Source of the DNA: Gemmatimonadaceae bacterium
GTDB taxonomy: Bacteria > Gemmatimonadota > Gemmatimonadetes > Gemmatimonadales > Gemmatimonadaceae
DNA length: 64,000 nt
Assembly: GCA_044224875.1 (NCBI GenBank)
Contig: JBGAJQ010000012.1
Coordinates: 39,564 to 103,563 of the forward strand
Direction: 5' to 3'
In this document: in pieces, positions 30,410-40,169 of the stretch
How the letters are laid out: each line of letters starts with the position of its first letter
Numbering within the stretch: the stretch's first letter is position 1
Translations under genes and position numbers: made by a program
The notes under the pieces: generated by a model
What the model was told of the DNA's origin: nothing
What the model saw: the letters and a program-made list of their open reading frames with translations, nothing else
Databases searched by the model: none

Positions 30410-30685
30410 ATGCGAACCTCAGTTGCTCTCACCTCGTTCCTGACGCTCATCATCGGTTCAATCGCGCAGGCGCAGTCTCCCACCACATCAACGCACGCGG
30501 CGGCCCCAGAGTTCAAATGGGGGCCCGCCCCGTCGGTCTTCCCCGCCGGCGCCGAGATGGCCCTCCTTCACGCGCACTTTGCCGAAGCGCAGGGCGTAAC
30601 CGTCGTACAGGTCCACGCCTTGGGGCCCTTCGTCCTGACCTACGTGAACCCGGCTGACATGCCGCACACCACGCCCGGAAGGTAG
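30410..30685 (+). pseudogene. Secreted cupin-like protein with a probable in-frame internal deletion
   Basis: RBS GGAGG; signal peptide; KWGPAPSVFPAGAEMAL joined directly to HAHFAEAQGVTVVQVHALGPFVLTYVNPAD; the central cupin HxH strands are absent. Confidence 0.6.
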
Positions 30686-30754
30686 GGCACCCGTCAGCGG
30701 AACTTCCCGTGCCGGTTGCCTGACCTAACGACGAGACCCTTCGAGCGAATCGCC

Positions 30755-32293
30755 ATGAACCCCGGACTCACGGCTTCGGCCGCATTGCACCCCGTCACCG
30801 ACCTCGCGTGGGACGCTGATCGCGCGCGAGCGTTTGGAGGCCAGATGGTTGATCTTTGGGGTGAATACCTCGAGCGTCTCCCGTCCATGCCGATTGGCAA
30901 GCACGCCACCGCGGCGGAGGTCCGTGCAGCCGTCACGCGTCCGATTCCCGATGAGCCGCTCGCGCTCGAAGAACTCATGGCGAGCCTGCGCGCGGTGGCC
31001 TTCGAGCACGCGACGTATACCGGGCACCCGGGTTTCATGGCGTATATCAGCGGCGCCGGAACTGTGCCCGGGGCCGCGGCGGATCTCCTGGCGGCCGCGC
31101 TCAACCAGAACGTTGGCGGTTGGCGGCTGTCGCCAGGCGCAACCGAGATTGAATTGTCGCTCGGGCGCTGGTTTGCCTCGCGGCTCGGCCTCCCCTCAAC
31201 CGCCGGCGGGTACGTCACGTCGGGGGGCGCGATGGCGGCTTTTGTCGCCCTCAAGGTGGCGCGTGACGCGCGTGCCGGATGGGCCATTCGTGACCTCGGC
31301 ACACGTGCCGGTCCACCACTGACCATCTACGCCTCGTCGCAGGTCCACGACGTGAACACGCGCGCCGCCGACATGCTCGGACTCGGTCGCGAAGCCGTGC
31401 GTCTGGTTCCATGCGATGATCAGCTTCGGATGAACGTCGATGCGCTCCGATCGCTGGTGACGCGCGACATCAAGCACGGCTTCAAGCCAATCGCCGTCAT
31501 CGCCACGGCGGGCACCGTGGCCACCGGTGCGATCGACCCGATTGGCCCCATTGCCGATCTCTGCGTCGAACACGGACTGTGGTTGCATGTGGACGGGGCC
31601 TACGGCGGAGTCGCCGCACTCACCGAAGAGTTGCACCCGCTCTTTGCCGGCATCGAGCGTGCCGACTCCGTTGCTCTCGATCCACACAAGTGGCTGTACA
31701 CGCCGCACTCCGGCGGCGTGATCGTTATGCGGGACATGCGATGGCTGTCCAACGCGTTCGCCATCGACCCGAGCTACGTGCATGACGACAAGGAGCTCAC
31801 TGGCCGCGGGATCGATTTCTATGCTCTCGGGCCGCAGTTCTCACGCGGCTTTCACGCGCTCAAGATCTGGGTGTCCCTGCTCGCGCATGGGTGGAGCGCC
31901 TACTCACGTCGCATCGCGCACGATGTTGCCTTGGCGCGCTACCTCTACGATCGCGCCGGAGCACACGCCGAGCTGGAGGCGATGGGCCCAGCCCCGTCGC
32001 TCTCGATTGCGTGCTTCCGCTACGTTCCCGCCGCGCTGCGTGGACAGGCCACCGCCGAACCTTACCTGAACGCCTTGAATGAACGCCTCATGACCGAGCT
32101 CCAACTCGGCGGTCGTGTCTTCCCCTCGAACGCGGTCATCGACGGCCGCTTCGTCCTGCGAGCCTGCATCGTGAACTTCCGCACCGAATCAGCGGACATC
32201 GATTCGCTGATCGATGAGTCGGTTGCCAAGGGTGCCGCGCTCCATCAGCAGTTCGGCGGAGTTGCTCCTCCGCCGCATGTCACTCATCACTAA
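30755..32293 (+). CDS. PLP-dependent group II (aromatic L-amino acid/glutamate-type) decarboxylase
   Basis: HPGFMAYI, TSGGAMA, ATAGTVATGAIDP, WLHVDGAYG, DPHKWL (PLP Lys), LRACIVNFRT. Confidence 0.9.
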   Translation: MNPGLTASAALHPVTDLAWDADRARAFGGQMVDLWGEYLERLPSMPIGKHATAAEVRAAVTRPIPDEPLALEELMASLRAVAFEHATYTGHPGFMAYISGAGTVPGAAADLLAAALNQNVGGWRLSPGATEIELSLGRWFASRLGLPSTAGGYVTSGGAMAAFVALKVARDARAGWAIRDLGTRAGPPLTIYASSQVHDVNTRAADMLGLGREAVRLVPCDDQLRMNVDALRSLVTRDIKHGFKPIAVIATAGTVATGAIDPIGPIADLCVEHGLWLHVDGAYGGVAALTEELHPLFAGIERADSVALDPHKWLYTPHSGGVIVMRDMRWLSNAFAIDPSYVHDDKELTGRGIDFYALGPQFSRGFHALKIWVSLLAHGWSAYSRRIAHDVALARYLYDRAGAHAELEAMGPAPSLSIACFRYVPAALRGQATAEPYLNALNERLMTELQLGGRVFPSNAVIDGRFVLRACIVNFRTESADIDSLIDESVAKGAALHQQFGGVAPPPHVTHH

Positions 32294-32313
32294 CACCGTC
32301 TTGGAGGCCCTCC

Positions 32314-33201
32314 ATGGGCAATGCAGATACAACATTCGCACCTCGCTTCATCGGTTCAGCCCCGGCTGTAAGCGAAGCGCCGCTTGCACACGTCCTACCG
32401 ACCAGTGACGCTCTTACGGAGCGTTCGCGGCGCGTGTGGAGCGCCGGCGACTACGACAGGATTTCACTCGGATTCCGGCATGAGGCCCAGGCGTTCGTGG
32501 AACGAGTCGCCCTCCAGCCTGGTCAGCGTGTGCTGGATGCCGCGTGCGGCACTGGCAACCTAACGATTCCCGCCGCTCGCACGGGGGCGGCCGTCACTGG
32601 TTTTGATCTGGTACCAGGGCTACTGGATGTCGCCGCGGAATGGGCAACTCGTGAGAATCTGCCGGTGACGTTCGAGCAGGGCACGGTCGAGGACCTGCCC
32701 TTTCCTGCCGCCCACTTTGACGTCGTGCTTTCAATGTTTGGGTTGATGTTCGCCGCTCGACCGGACAACGTGATCGGCGAACTCACTCGGGTGACGCGTC
32801 GGGGTGGCCGAGTTGCGCTCGCGAACTGGACCCGCGAAGGGTTCATTGGAAAGATGTTGGCCAAGCACGTTGCCTTCGTGCCACCTCCAGCCGGCGTTCC
32901 GAGTGTGCTCTTGTGGGGTGACGAGGCAACCATCCGCGAGCGCTTCCGAACTCGCGACTGGGACGTCACCACGCAACGTCGCATTCTGACGTTTCGCTAT
33001 CCGCACACCCCAGGCGGCACGGCGGAACTCTTCCGAGCCGCATACGGCCCAACAGTGCGCACCTTCGAGGCGTTGGACGAGGATCGGCGCGCGGCATTTT
33101 CGGTTGAGCTGGCGGAGCACTGGTCCAGGAGCCACCGCGCCGACGCGCCGGCAACGGTCGTCGACGCCGAGTATCTGGAGGTTGTGGCCACCCGCCGATG
33201 A
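32314..33201 (+). CDS. Class I SAM-dependent methyltransferase (UbiE-like)
   Basis: VWSAGDY, RVLDAACGTG, LPFPAAHFDVVLSMFGLMF, YGPT, EYLEV. Confidence 0.9.
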   Translation: MGNADTTFAPRFIGSAPAVSEAPLAHVLPTSDALTERSRRVWSAGDYDRISLGFRHEAQAFVERVALQPGQRVLDAACGTGNLTIPAARTGAAVTGFDLVPGLLDVAAEWATRENLPVTFEQGTVEDLPFPAAHFDVVLSMFGLMFAARPDNVIGELTRVTRRGGRVALANWTREGFIGKMLAKHVAFVPPPAGVPSVLLWGDEATIRERFRTRDWDVTTQRRILTFRYPHTPGGTAELFRAAYGPTVRTFEALDEDRRAAFSVELAEHWSRSHRADAPATVVDAEYLEVVATRR

Positions 33202-33283
33202 GACATCGCACGCTTCCCGTGGGGACCGTGCGTACGCCTTTTGGAGTTGGGCGTACCACGTCCACACCACGGGCTGCGTGGCG

Positions 33284-34456
33284 TCAGCGAGGGCGCTTAA
33301 CCGTGGTCTTGGTAGCCTTGCGCGCCGACTTGGTGCGCGATCCCTGTGGCGCCTTCCCCGTGGCCGCGAGTTTCCAAAACTGCTTCTCGCCGATGATCGT
33401 CACCCGGTGACCGATGGCCGCGAGTCGCCGAATCTCCATCAGCTTCAATCCGCCGGCGTTTCCGGCGATCTGCAGCGTATTCGGTCGGCCGCGCACGAGC
33501 ACATCAGTCGTCTGCCCGGGCTTGGACTGCACGATCGCTCCCGCCTTCCGCGCCGCAGCGATGGCCTCGCCTCGTGATCGGGTGAGGAATCCAGTGAATG
33601 AGATGCGCAGACCCTGCAGGCTCGAGACGCGTCCCTTCCGAAGCTCCTTTGGCCGGTGTCGGAGGGCTGTAATCAACTCTCCCGCTGCTTCGTACCGTTT
33701 GCCACGCGCGCCAAGACAGCGATGGATCACCTCCTTCAGGTGATCGCTGCATGGCAGCTTGCGGACGTCTTGGCTGCGCATGGGGTTCGTGATGTTTCCG
33801 CGCAGCAGCATGGCCGCCAGCTGCCCGACCTGATAGATGTCATCTCGCTGCTGCCAACGACGCATCCTGCCCCAGGCGATCTCGGTCGGAGCTGCGGCCA
33901 GATTGAATGCATCAGCCGTCACGCCGTGCCGGCTCAATTGGTGCGTGGCGATCCCGAAGTCACCCAGCTTCAACTGCTCGCCTTCGCATACGAAGACGTT
34001 GAATGGAGTGAGGTCTCGGTGCAACGCCTGGCCCCGGTGTAGCGCATCCAGCGCGCCGAGGATGCCGGCGATCTCGCGTCGCACCACGCGCTCGGGCTGT
34101 TCGCCTCGTTTGGCCAGCCATGCGCCCAGGTCCCCGTGCTCGGCGTACTCCATCGTCAGGCAGTACCGTGTCGATGTGCCGTCCACGATGACGAAGCGAT
34201 CATACACGCGTAGCGCGCGCGCCTGCCGCCCAAGCAGCTGCGCGAAATAAGCTTCGCGCAGCCACCCGGTGATATGGTCGCTGATCTTCACACACACCTT
34301 TTCCGGGAAGCCATCCAGGGGGACTGGTGTCGCGAGGTAGACCTCACCAAATCCTCCCTTTCCGATCAGCTTGTCCAGCCGATAGGTGCGTCCTGTCTCG
34401 GAACTAGTGACTGTTGGAGCTGGAGCCTGCGGGCTCGAGTGTTCGGTTGGCGACAT
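33284..34456 (-). CDS. Cytoplasmic Ser/Thr protein kinase with C-terminal BRCT domain
   Basis: IGKGGFGEVY, VCVK, HRDLTPFN, LGDFG, DIYQVG; C-terminal LQGLRISFTGFL-RSR...AGA...TDVLVRG...IIGEKQFWKL resembles the LigA-type BRCT. Confidence 0.8.
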   Translation of the reverse strand: MSPTEHSSPQAPAPTVTSSETGRTYRLDKLIGKGGFGEVYLATPVPLDGFPEKVCVKISDHITGWLREAYFAQLLGRQARALRVYDRFVIVDGTSTRYCLTMEYAEHGDLGAWLAKRGEQPERVVRREIAGILGALDALHRGQALHRDLTPFNVFVCEGEQLKLGDFGIATHQLSRHGVTADAFNLAAAPTEIAWGRMRRWQQRDDIYQVGQLAAMLLRGNITNPMRSQDVRKLPCSDHLKEVIHRCLGARGKRYEAAGELITALRHRPKELRKGRVSSLQGLRISFTGFLTRSRGEAIAAARKAGAIVQSKPGQTTDVLVRGRPNTLQIAGNAGGLKLMEIRRLAAIGHRVTIIGEKQFWKLAATGKAPQGSRTKSARKATKTTVKRPR

Positions 34457-34555
34457 CGGGTACGCGGACGGGCCGCGGGCTGGGGAAGGAAGACTACCTC
34501 CGCCGGCGACGATGGAAAAGGTCGCGCCCCTTAGGTACCCGACGAAGGACGACCG

Positions 34556-34985
34556 CTACGGGATCCAGCCAACGGAACGCCGCCAATCGAGTTCGGCCTG
34601 GGCCTTTGCCCGGAGCATATCCGGTGATCGCGGGGGATCACTCGGCGCCGACGTGCGCAGCTCCTGCATGGTTGGCAGCCCGAGCGTCGCGCGTCGCTCG
34701 TCCACCAGCTTGGGGTCATCCAGCTCGTAGGACTCGAGTCCATGTGGGCCCGCGCGCCATTGGGTACCGTAGAGCTGCGGGCGACCCTCGTACACGTTGA
34801 TGCGATCGTCGATGAACGCGAAGTGCGCGCGGGGCGCTTCGCCCCGCTGGCTCGCGTCGTCCAGCAGCGTTCGGCAGTGGCGCATGAACGACGGGTGGTT
34901 GATCGAGTGCTGCGCGATGCGATGCGCCGCCTTTGCCCCGTCAGCTCCTACCAGCGAGGCACCTGGCCACCCATGCGCGTGGCAT
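34556..34985 (-). pseudogene. DUF6624-like protein, apparently N-terminally truncated
   Basis: HGWPGASLVGADGAKAA-RIAQH, DRINVYEGRPQLYGTQ, VDERRATLGLP; upstream part lacks a credible start and runs into the permease stop. Confidence 0.6.
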
Positions 34986-35031
34986 GCCTCAAAGCTAACG
35001 GGGCTGCACACGACGGACAGTACACGCCGAC

Positions 35032-37719
35032 CTATTCCCTCAGGGCGATCATCGGATCCACACCGGCGGCGCGCCATGCCGGGACAAGGCCGGCGCAGAG
35101 CGCTGCCGCCGAAAGAAGCCCGATCGAGACGAGGTAGGCCATCGCGTCCGTCGACTGCATGCCGTACAGCAACGACGAGACAAAACGTGTGGTGGCCAGC
35201 GCGATCGCTCCGCCAGCCACAACACCAACGCCGACCACGGCGGCGACGTCACCGAGCACCAAACGCACCACACGCTCGCGTCCGGCACCAAGGGCAATGC
35301 GAACGCCCAACTCGGCGCGGCGACGGGCCACGGCGTAGGCCATGACACCATAGAGGCCAACCATGGCCAATAGCGCTGCCAGCCCGCCAAATACCGTCGT
35401 CAGAATCGCCAGCATTCGCTCGCCTTGAAGGGACTGCGACAGCACGCCGGACATCGTGCTGAAGTCGAGGACAAGGGCCGGGTTCACACTGTCCATGGCC
35501 CGCCGAACGGCTCCGGCCGATGACATGGGTTCACCACGTGTTCGAAACACGAGCGTGGTGTGGAACGCCGCCTCTCGCGCCTGCGAGGCCGGGAGGTACG
35601 CCACGGGTTCAGGCGCCTCACGCAACGTTTGATACTTCGCGTTCTCTACAACGCCGACAATTGTGTAGGGGGCACTCAGCGTGTCCCTCATCTTGAGGCG
35701 ATAGGTGCGACCAACTGGGTTGGCATCGCGGAGGAACCGGCGAGCCCACGCGTCATTGACGATCGACACGTTCGACGTCCCCGTGTGATCGCCTGCATTG
35801 AAGTCGCGACCACCCAGAAACCGCGTCCCCATGGTGCTGAAGTAGGCGTCTCCCACCTCATTGAAGAACGTGACCGTCTCTTGGTCGTTGCTGGGCGTAA
35901 ATCCGTCGACCACGACGCCCTCGTTCCACGAGCTGCCGCTCACCGGTGCAATGTCCATGCTGCTCGAGCTCACCACTCCGGGAATGGCGCGACTTCGTTC
36001 GAGAATCTGGCTTCTGAGTTCTCGCACGGACTCTCCTTTGAGCCCGGTGCGACGCAGATCCACATCTGCCAACAATACGCCTTCCGACTTGAACCCCGGG
36101 TTGACCTCCGAAAGACGCCTGAAGGTGCCGACGAAGAGGGCCGCGCCAACCATCAGCACCAACGACAGCGCGACCTGCACCATCACCAGTGCCTTTCCGA
36201 ACGACCATCGCGAATGTCCACCGAGCACACCTCGTCCTTGGGCCTTCATGGATGCCTGCGCGCTAACGCGTGTCGCGCGCCACGCCGGTGCAACACCAAA
36301 CAGCAGCACCGTCGCCGTCGTGACGGCCAGCGCGAAACTGAGTAGACGCATGTTGAGCGAGAGATCCAGCGAGACGGCATTCTGGCCAGTATCGCGCTGG
36401 ATCAGGGACACCAACGCGGGCGCGCCCCATTGGGCGACGATCACACCTGCCGTCGCACCCAATAGGGCGAGAATCGTACTTTCTGTGAGCAATTGCCTCA
36501 CCAATCGCGTTCGTGCAGCACCAATCGCTTGACGTATTGCCAGCTCATGCTGTCGTGCTTCGGCGCGCGACAGTAGCAGGTTGGCCACGTTGGCGCAGGC
36601 AATCAGAAGCACCAAGCCCACGGCGACCATAAGTGCGTAGAGAGGCTTACCCAGCTGCGTGCGCGCCTCGGACACACCGCGTGACGCGGGATGCAGGTAC
36701 AATGTGCGTTTCAGGTAATCCTTCTGGCCCTCCGCCGAGTACTCACTCGGCAAGGTCTCCGCGAACACCGCGCTCGAGACGGTTGCCAGTCGGACCTTCG
36801 CTTGCGCTGGCGTCACCTCTGGGCGCAAGCGACCGATGGCGCGAAGGAACCAGCGGGTTCGGCGATCCAAGTTGCCGGGTGTGTCATTGATCAGGTCGGA
36901 CGAACAGAGCGGCAGGTAGATGTCCGGCTCCCGCCCAACGTCCACACCGCGGAACTCTTCGGCTGCAACGCCGACGATCTCCACCGGGTGCCCTGAGAGA
37001 CGGAGCACCTTCCCGACCGCGTCCCGCGCCCCGGCATACTCCGTCTGCCAGAACCGATAGCCAAGCACCGCCACGCCGGCGCAACCGCGCTTGTCGTCCG
37101 CCGAGGTGAGGAGCCGCCCAAGCGCCGGACGAACAACAAACGTCGGGAAGAAGTCGCCGCTGACCATCGCGCCCCGCACACGTCGCGCCTCACCCCCATC
37201 CGCCAGGTTCAAGTTCGCGCCAGTGAACGCACCGATACTCGAAAAGGCCGTCTGCCGGTCGCGAATCTGCTCCCAGAGCGGGTTGGTGAAGTACCCGTCC
37301 GTGTCCGTCGAGTCGCCGGTGACCAGGTACAACTCATTCGGCTGTTCGACGGGAAGGGGCCGGATCAGGAGCGTGTCGATCAGGGTGAAGATGGCTGTGT
37401 TCGCCCCGACTCCCAAGCCAAGGGACACCACGGCCGCGACCGTGAACACTGGGGTTCGCCAGAGGCCCCGCACGGCATATCGCAGGTCACCGACGACGGA
37501 TTGCACCCACTCGGCGAGGTCGGCCGCACGCGTCCGCTCGCGCTGGGTCGTCGCGTTGCCAAATTGTCGTTGCGCCTGACGGCGCGCTTCTTCGCGCGGG
37601 ATGCCCCGCGACACGAGCTCGTCTGTGCGTTCCGCCAGGTGGAACGCTACTTCACGGTCGATGTCGCGCGACACCTGATTGGAACGCGCAATGTTGAGGA
37701 TCCGGTGGTACCAAGCCAT
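35032..37719 (-). CDS. Duplicated orphan ABC permease (MacB/FtsX-type, ADOP family)
   Basis: Permease prefix DIDREVAFHL; DLRYAVRGL, LGLGVGANTAIF, LLIACANVANLLL, GLYGVMAY, RAAGVDPMIALRE. Confidence 0.92.
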   Translation of the reverse strand: MAWYHRILNIARSNQVSRDIDREVAFHLAERTDELVSRGIPREEARRQAQRQFGNATTQRERTRAADLAEWVQSVVGDLRYAVRGLWRTPVFTVAAVVSLGLGVGANTAIFTLIDTLLIRPLPVEQPNELYLVTGDSTDTDGYFTNPLWEQIRDRQTAFSSIGAFTGANLNLADGGEARRVRGAMVSGDFFPTFVVRPALGRLLTSADDKRGCAGVAVLGYRFWQTEYAGARDAVGKVLRLSGHPVEIVGVAAEEFRGVDVGREPDIYLPLCSSDLINDTPGNLDRRTRWFLRAIGRLRPEVTPAQAKVRLATVSSAVFAETLPSEYSAEGQKDYLKRTLYLHPASRGVSEARTQLGKPLYALMVAVGLVLLIACANVANLLLSRAEARQHELAIRQAIGAARTRLVRQLLTESTILALLGATAGVIVAQWGAPALVSLIQRDTGQNAVSLDLSLNMRLLSFALAVTTATVLLFGVAPAWRATRVSAQASMKAQGRGVLGGHSRWSFGKALVMVQVALSLVLMVGAALFVGTFRRLSEVNPGFKSEGVLLADVDLRRTGLKGESVRELRSQILERSRAIPGVVSSSSMDIAPVSGSSWNEGVVVDGFTPSNDQETVTFFNEVGDAYFSTMGTRFLGGRDFNAGDHTGTSNVSIVNDAWARRFLRDANPVGRTYRLKMRDTLSAPYTIVGVVENAKYQTLREAPEPVAYLPASQAREAAFHTTLVFRTRGEPMSSAGAVRRAMDSVNPALVLDFSTMSGVLSQSLQGERMLAILTTVFGGLAALLAMVGLYGVMAYAVARRRAELGVRIALGAGRERVVRLVLGDVAAVVGVGVVAGGAIALATTRFVSSLLYGMQSTDAMAYLVSIGLLSAAALCAGLVPAWRAAGVDPMIALRE

Positions 37720-37732
37720 CTGGTCCTCCTCG

Positions 37733-38068
37733 TCAGGCGTAGCGCAGGACGCGGGCTACGCCGGTTGTCAGGCGAGACCACGACTCCTGCTCCTGGGCAA
37801 GCTGCTTCCGACCGGCCGCCGTCAGCTCGTAGAAGCGCGCCTCTCGGTTCTTGTCGGTCATCTTCCAGCTCGACCGAAGCCAGCCATCCTGCTCCATGCG
37901 GTGGAGCGCCGGATAGAGCGAGCCTTCCTCCACACGCAACGTGTCTGCCGAGACCCTTTGAATGTGCGCCGTGATGGCGTAGCCGTGCAACGGACCGGCC
38001 ACGGACAACGTGCGCAGGACCAACAGCACGAGCGTTCCCTGGAGGATATCGTTCTTCGGTCGGGCCAT
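37733..38068 (-). CDS. padR: PadR family transcriptional regulator (acidobacterial type)
   Basis: LQGTLVLLVL, LHGYAI, VEEGSLYPALHRME, NREARFYELT. Confidence 0.92.
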   Translation of the reverse strand: MARPKNDILQGTLVLLVLRTLSVAGPLHGYAITAHIQRVSADTLRVEEGSLYPALHRMEQDGWLRSSWKMTDKNREARFYELTAAGRKQLAQEQESWSRLTTGVARVLRYA

Positions 38069-38071
38069 GAG

Positions 38072-38102
38072 TACCTAAGTAGCTAGGGTAGCTATCTAGG
38101 TA
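38072..38102. promoter_or_regulatory. Putative PadR operator
   Basis: TACCTAAGTAGCTAGGGTAGCTATCTAGGTA: AT-rich, CTAG-rich imperfect palindrome/direct repeats abutting the padR ATG. Confidence 0.5.
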
Positions 38103-38271
38103 TATGCCACCGGCAATCTGCTGGTGTCAACTCCCGGATGTGAACGCCACCTGTAGGACAGGAGCCACGACGCCGGAAGTACTCGCAACTCCGTGGGAGC
38201 GACGTGACGGGTTGCGGCCGACTGATCGCCATACGAAGCGCCACACGCGCTAAGCTAGACCCGCACGCAAT

Positions 38272-39969
38272 TCAACGAGCCGACCCTGCGATGTAGCGCG
38301 CAATCAGCTCCTGCCGGATCCGCAACCAAATGCGGCCCTGCCCGTAGTTCCCCGCCGTCACGACCACGGTCATGTCGAGCGACGGGATGACCACGAGGTA
38401 CTGCCCTCCGTTGCCACTCGCTTCAAATGCCGGCACCTCACGACCGTTCACCTGTAGCACATGACGGTGCCAGGCGAAACCATCGTCGGCTCCACTCGAT
38501 ACTGGCTGCTGCCGCTGGGTTGATCGCGAAACCCACGCGCGATCCACAAGGGGCCTGCCATTCCACGAGCCACCATTGAGGTACAGCTGTCCAAACTTGA
38601 GAAAGTCCCGCGGTCGCAGGTGCATGCCGCCAGCTGCATATCCCTCTCCCGTTGGCATCAGGTTCATGGCGTACCGGCGGATGCCCAGGGGACGAGCCAG
38701 CTCCTCATCGAAGAACTCGGGGAGCCAGCGCCCGTCCGCCTCGTGTATCGCTCGGCCCACCAGGTTGATCCCCGCCGAGCAATACGCGTAGGCGCTGCCG
38801 GGCGGGTGCAACTGGGGAAGCTTCAGCGCATACCTGTACCAGTCGGGCTCCGCGGACTGCCCCTGCATGACATCTTCATTCCCTGGTGAGTCGCCGTCAT
38901 CGTCGTCGCACGCAAGGCCAGACGTGTGCGTGAGCAGCTGCCCGATCGTTGCGCCTGCGGGAGTCACTTTCGTTTCCGTTGAGATCGCACGGCGGCGATG
39001 CATGGCCACGCCCAACATGATCGAGGTCATGGTCTTGGACGCCGATCGGAGATCGTGCAACCGATCGCTCGCGTAGCCATAGAAGTACTCGTCGAGGACG
39101 AGTTGGCCGTGACGTGCCACGAGAATCGAGTGAATCCGAGGCGCCGTGTCATCGATTGGACTGGTGTTGACGACCAATCGCACGAGCGCCGCCAGAGAGT
39201 CTTCCAGCATGCCCACCGCCGACGCCCTCGCGGATCTCCAGCCATCAGCCAAGTCCACGGGTGGGCGATAGTGATACGAATCCATGCCCGGCGTACGAGG
39301 CACAAATCCTGGTGCGTCAGCAAGGGTCCGAGGTCGAGCGATCAGGGGGGCCCCGAAGTCAAATGCAATCGTCCGCGACGCCGAATCGTAAGGCTGCGTG
39401 AAGCGGCGCTTGCCCGACACAGCGTCAACGAGGCCGACCTGGCCGGGCTCGACGACTGCACGAAATAGCCGGCCGCCACCAAAGTTGCCCTCAGGATTCC
39501 GGAAGCGAGCGGCAAGGCCGCCTGACGAGTCAGGCCTGATGTCCAAGTAGAGGGAGAAGCGCTCCTCCAAGGGTGACACGGTCCCGCGCCAAGTGTTGTT
39601 CCCGGCTCGCGTCAGTTGCACTGGTGAAGCGTACGGCACACTGCTTCCCGCTGGCTGAACCCACATGGCGTGTGGAGCCACGTCGGACGGCTTCCCGACG
39701 CGAACCCGAAGCGTGCCACGTTCGCCCGGAAGGGAAAGGCGTACTGTGTCTGCCTCCTGTCTGGCTTGCACTTCGTATCCGGCTACGCGAAGTCGCCAGG
39801 AGTCTCGCTCTCGCGAGAGGAGCAACTCGCCGCGGACATCGGGGCCGAGTACCTGTTCGAATCCCCATAGCCCTTCGACGGACCGGTGCGCCACTTGAGC
39901 GTAGAGTGGGGCCGTCGCGGCGAAGGTGTTTGTGAGCAGGAAAACGGACAGCCTACGATGCAAGCGCAT
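38272..39969 (-). CDS. Secreted serine hydrolase (beta-lactamase/AmpC family)
   Basis: Signal peptide; RSASK (SxxK), LLTHTSGL, YAYCS, LRPRDFLKFGQLYL, SGNGGQ. Confidence 0.85.
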   Translation of the reverse strand: MRLHRRLSVFLLTNTFAATAPLYAQVAHRSVEGLWGFEQVLGPDVRGELLLSRERDSWRLRVAGYEVQARQEADTVRLSLPGERGTLRVRVGKPSDVAPHAMWVQPAGSSVPYASPVQLTRAGNNTWRGTVSPLEERFSLYLDIRPDSSGGLAARFRNPEGNFGGGRLFRAVVEPGQVGLVDAVSGKRRFTQPYDSASRTIAFDFGAPLIARPRTLADAPGFVPRTPGMDSYHYRPPVDLADGWRSARASAVGMLEDSLAALVRLVVNTSPIDDTAPRIHSILVARHGQLVLDEYFYGYASDRLHDLRSASKTMTSIMLGVAMHRRRAISTETKVTPAGATIGQLLTHTSGLACDDDDGDSPGNEDVMQGQSAEPDWYRYALKLPQLHPPGSAYAYCSAGINLVGRAIHEADGRWLPEFFDEELARPLGIRRYAMNLMPTGEGYAAGGMHLRPRDFLKFGQLYLNGGSWNGRPLVDRAWVSRSTQRQQPVSSGADDGFAWHRHVLQVNGREVPAFEASGNGGQYLVVIPSLDMTVVVTAGNYGQGRIWLRIRQELIARYIAGSAR

Positions 39970-40169
39970 GCAATCTTGAGGTATGATGAGTTCTTCACGA
40001 CCGGGACCACCGACCAACCGTGCTGGACGATAGCCAATCGTGGCCTCACGAGTATTGTACAAACGAAACCTCGGCTGCTTTTCCCTCCCCTTCACGGGGG
40101 CGCCGACCACGCCTCGCACGCATCGGTGCACCGCGTGACCCGCCACTTTACCGCCCCTTCGCCGCTGAC

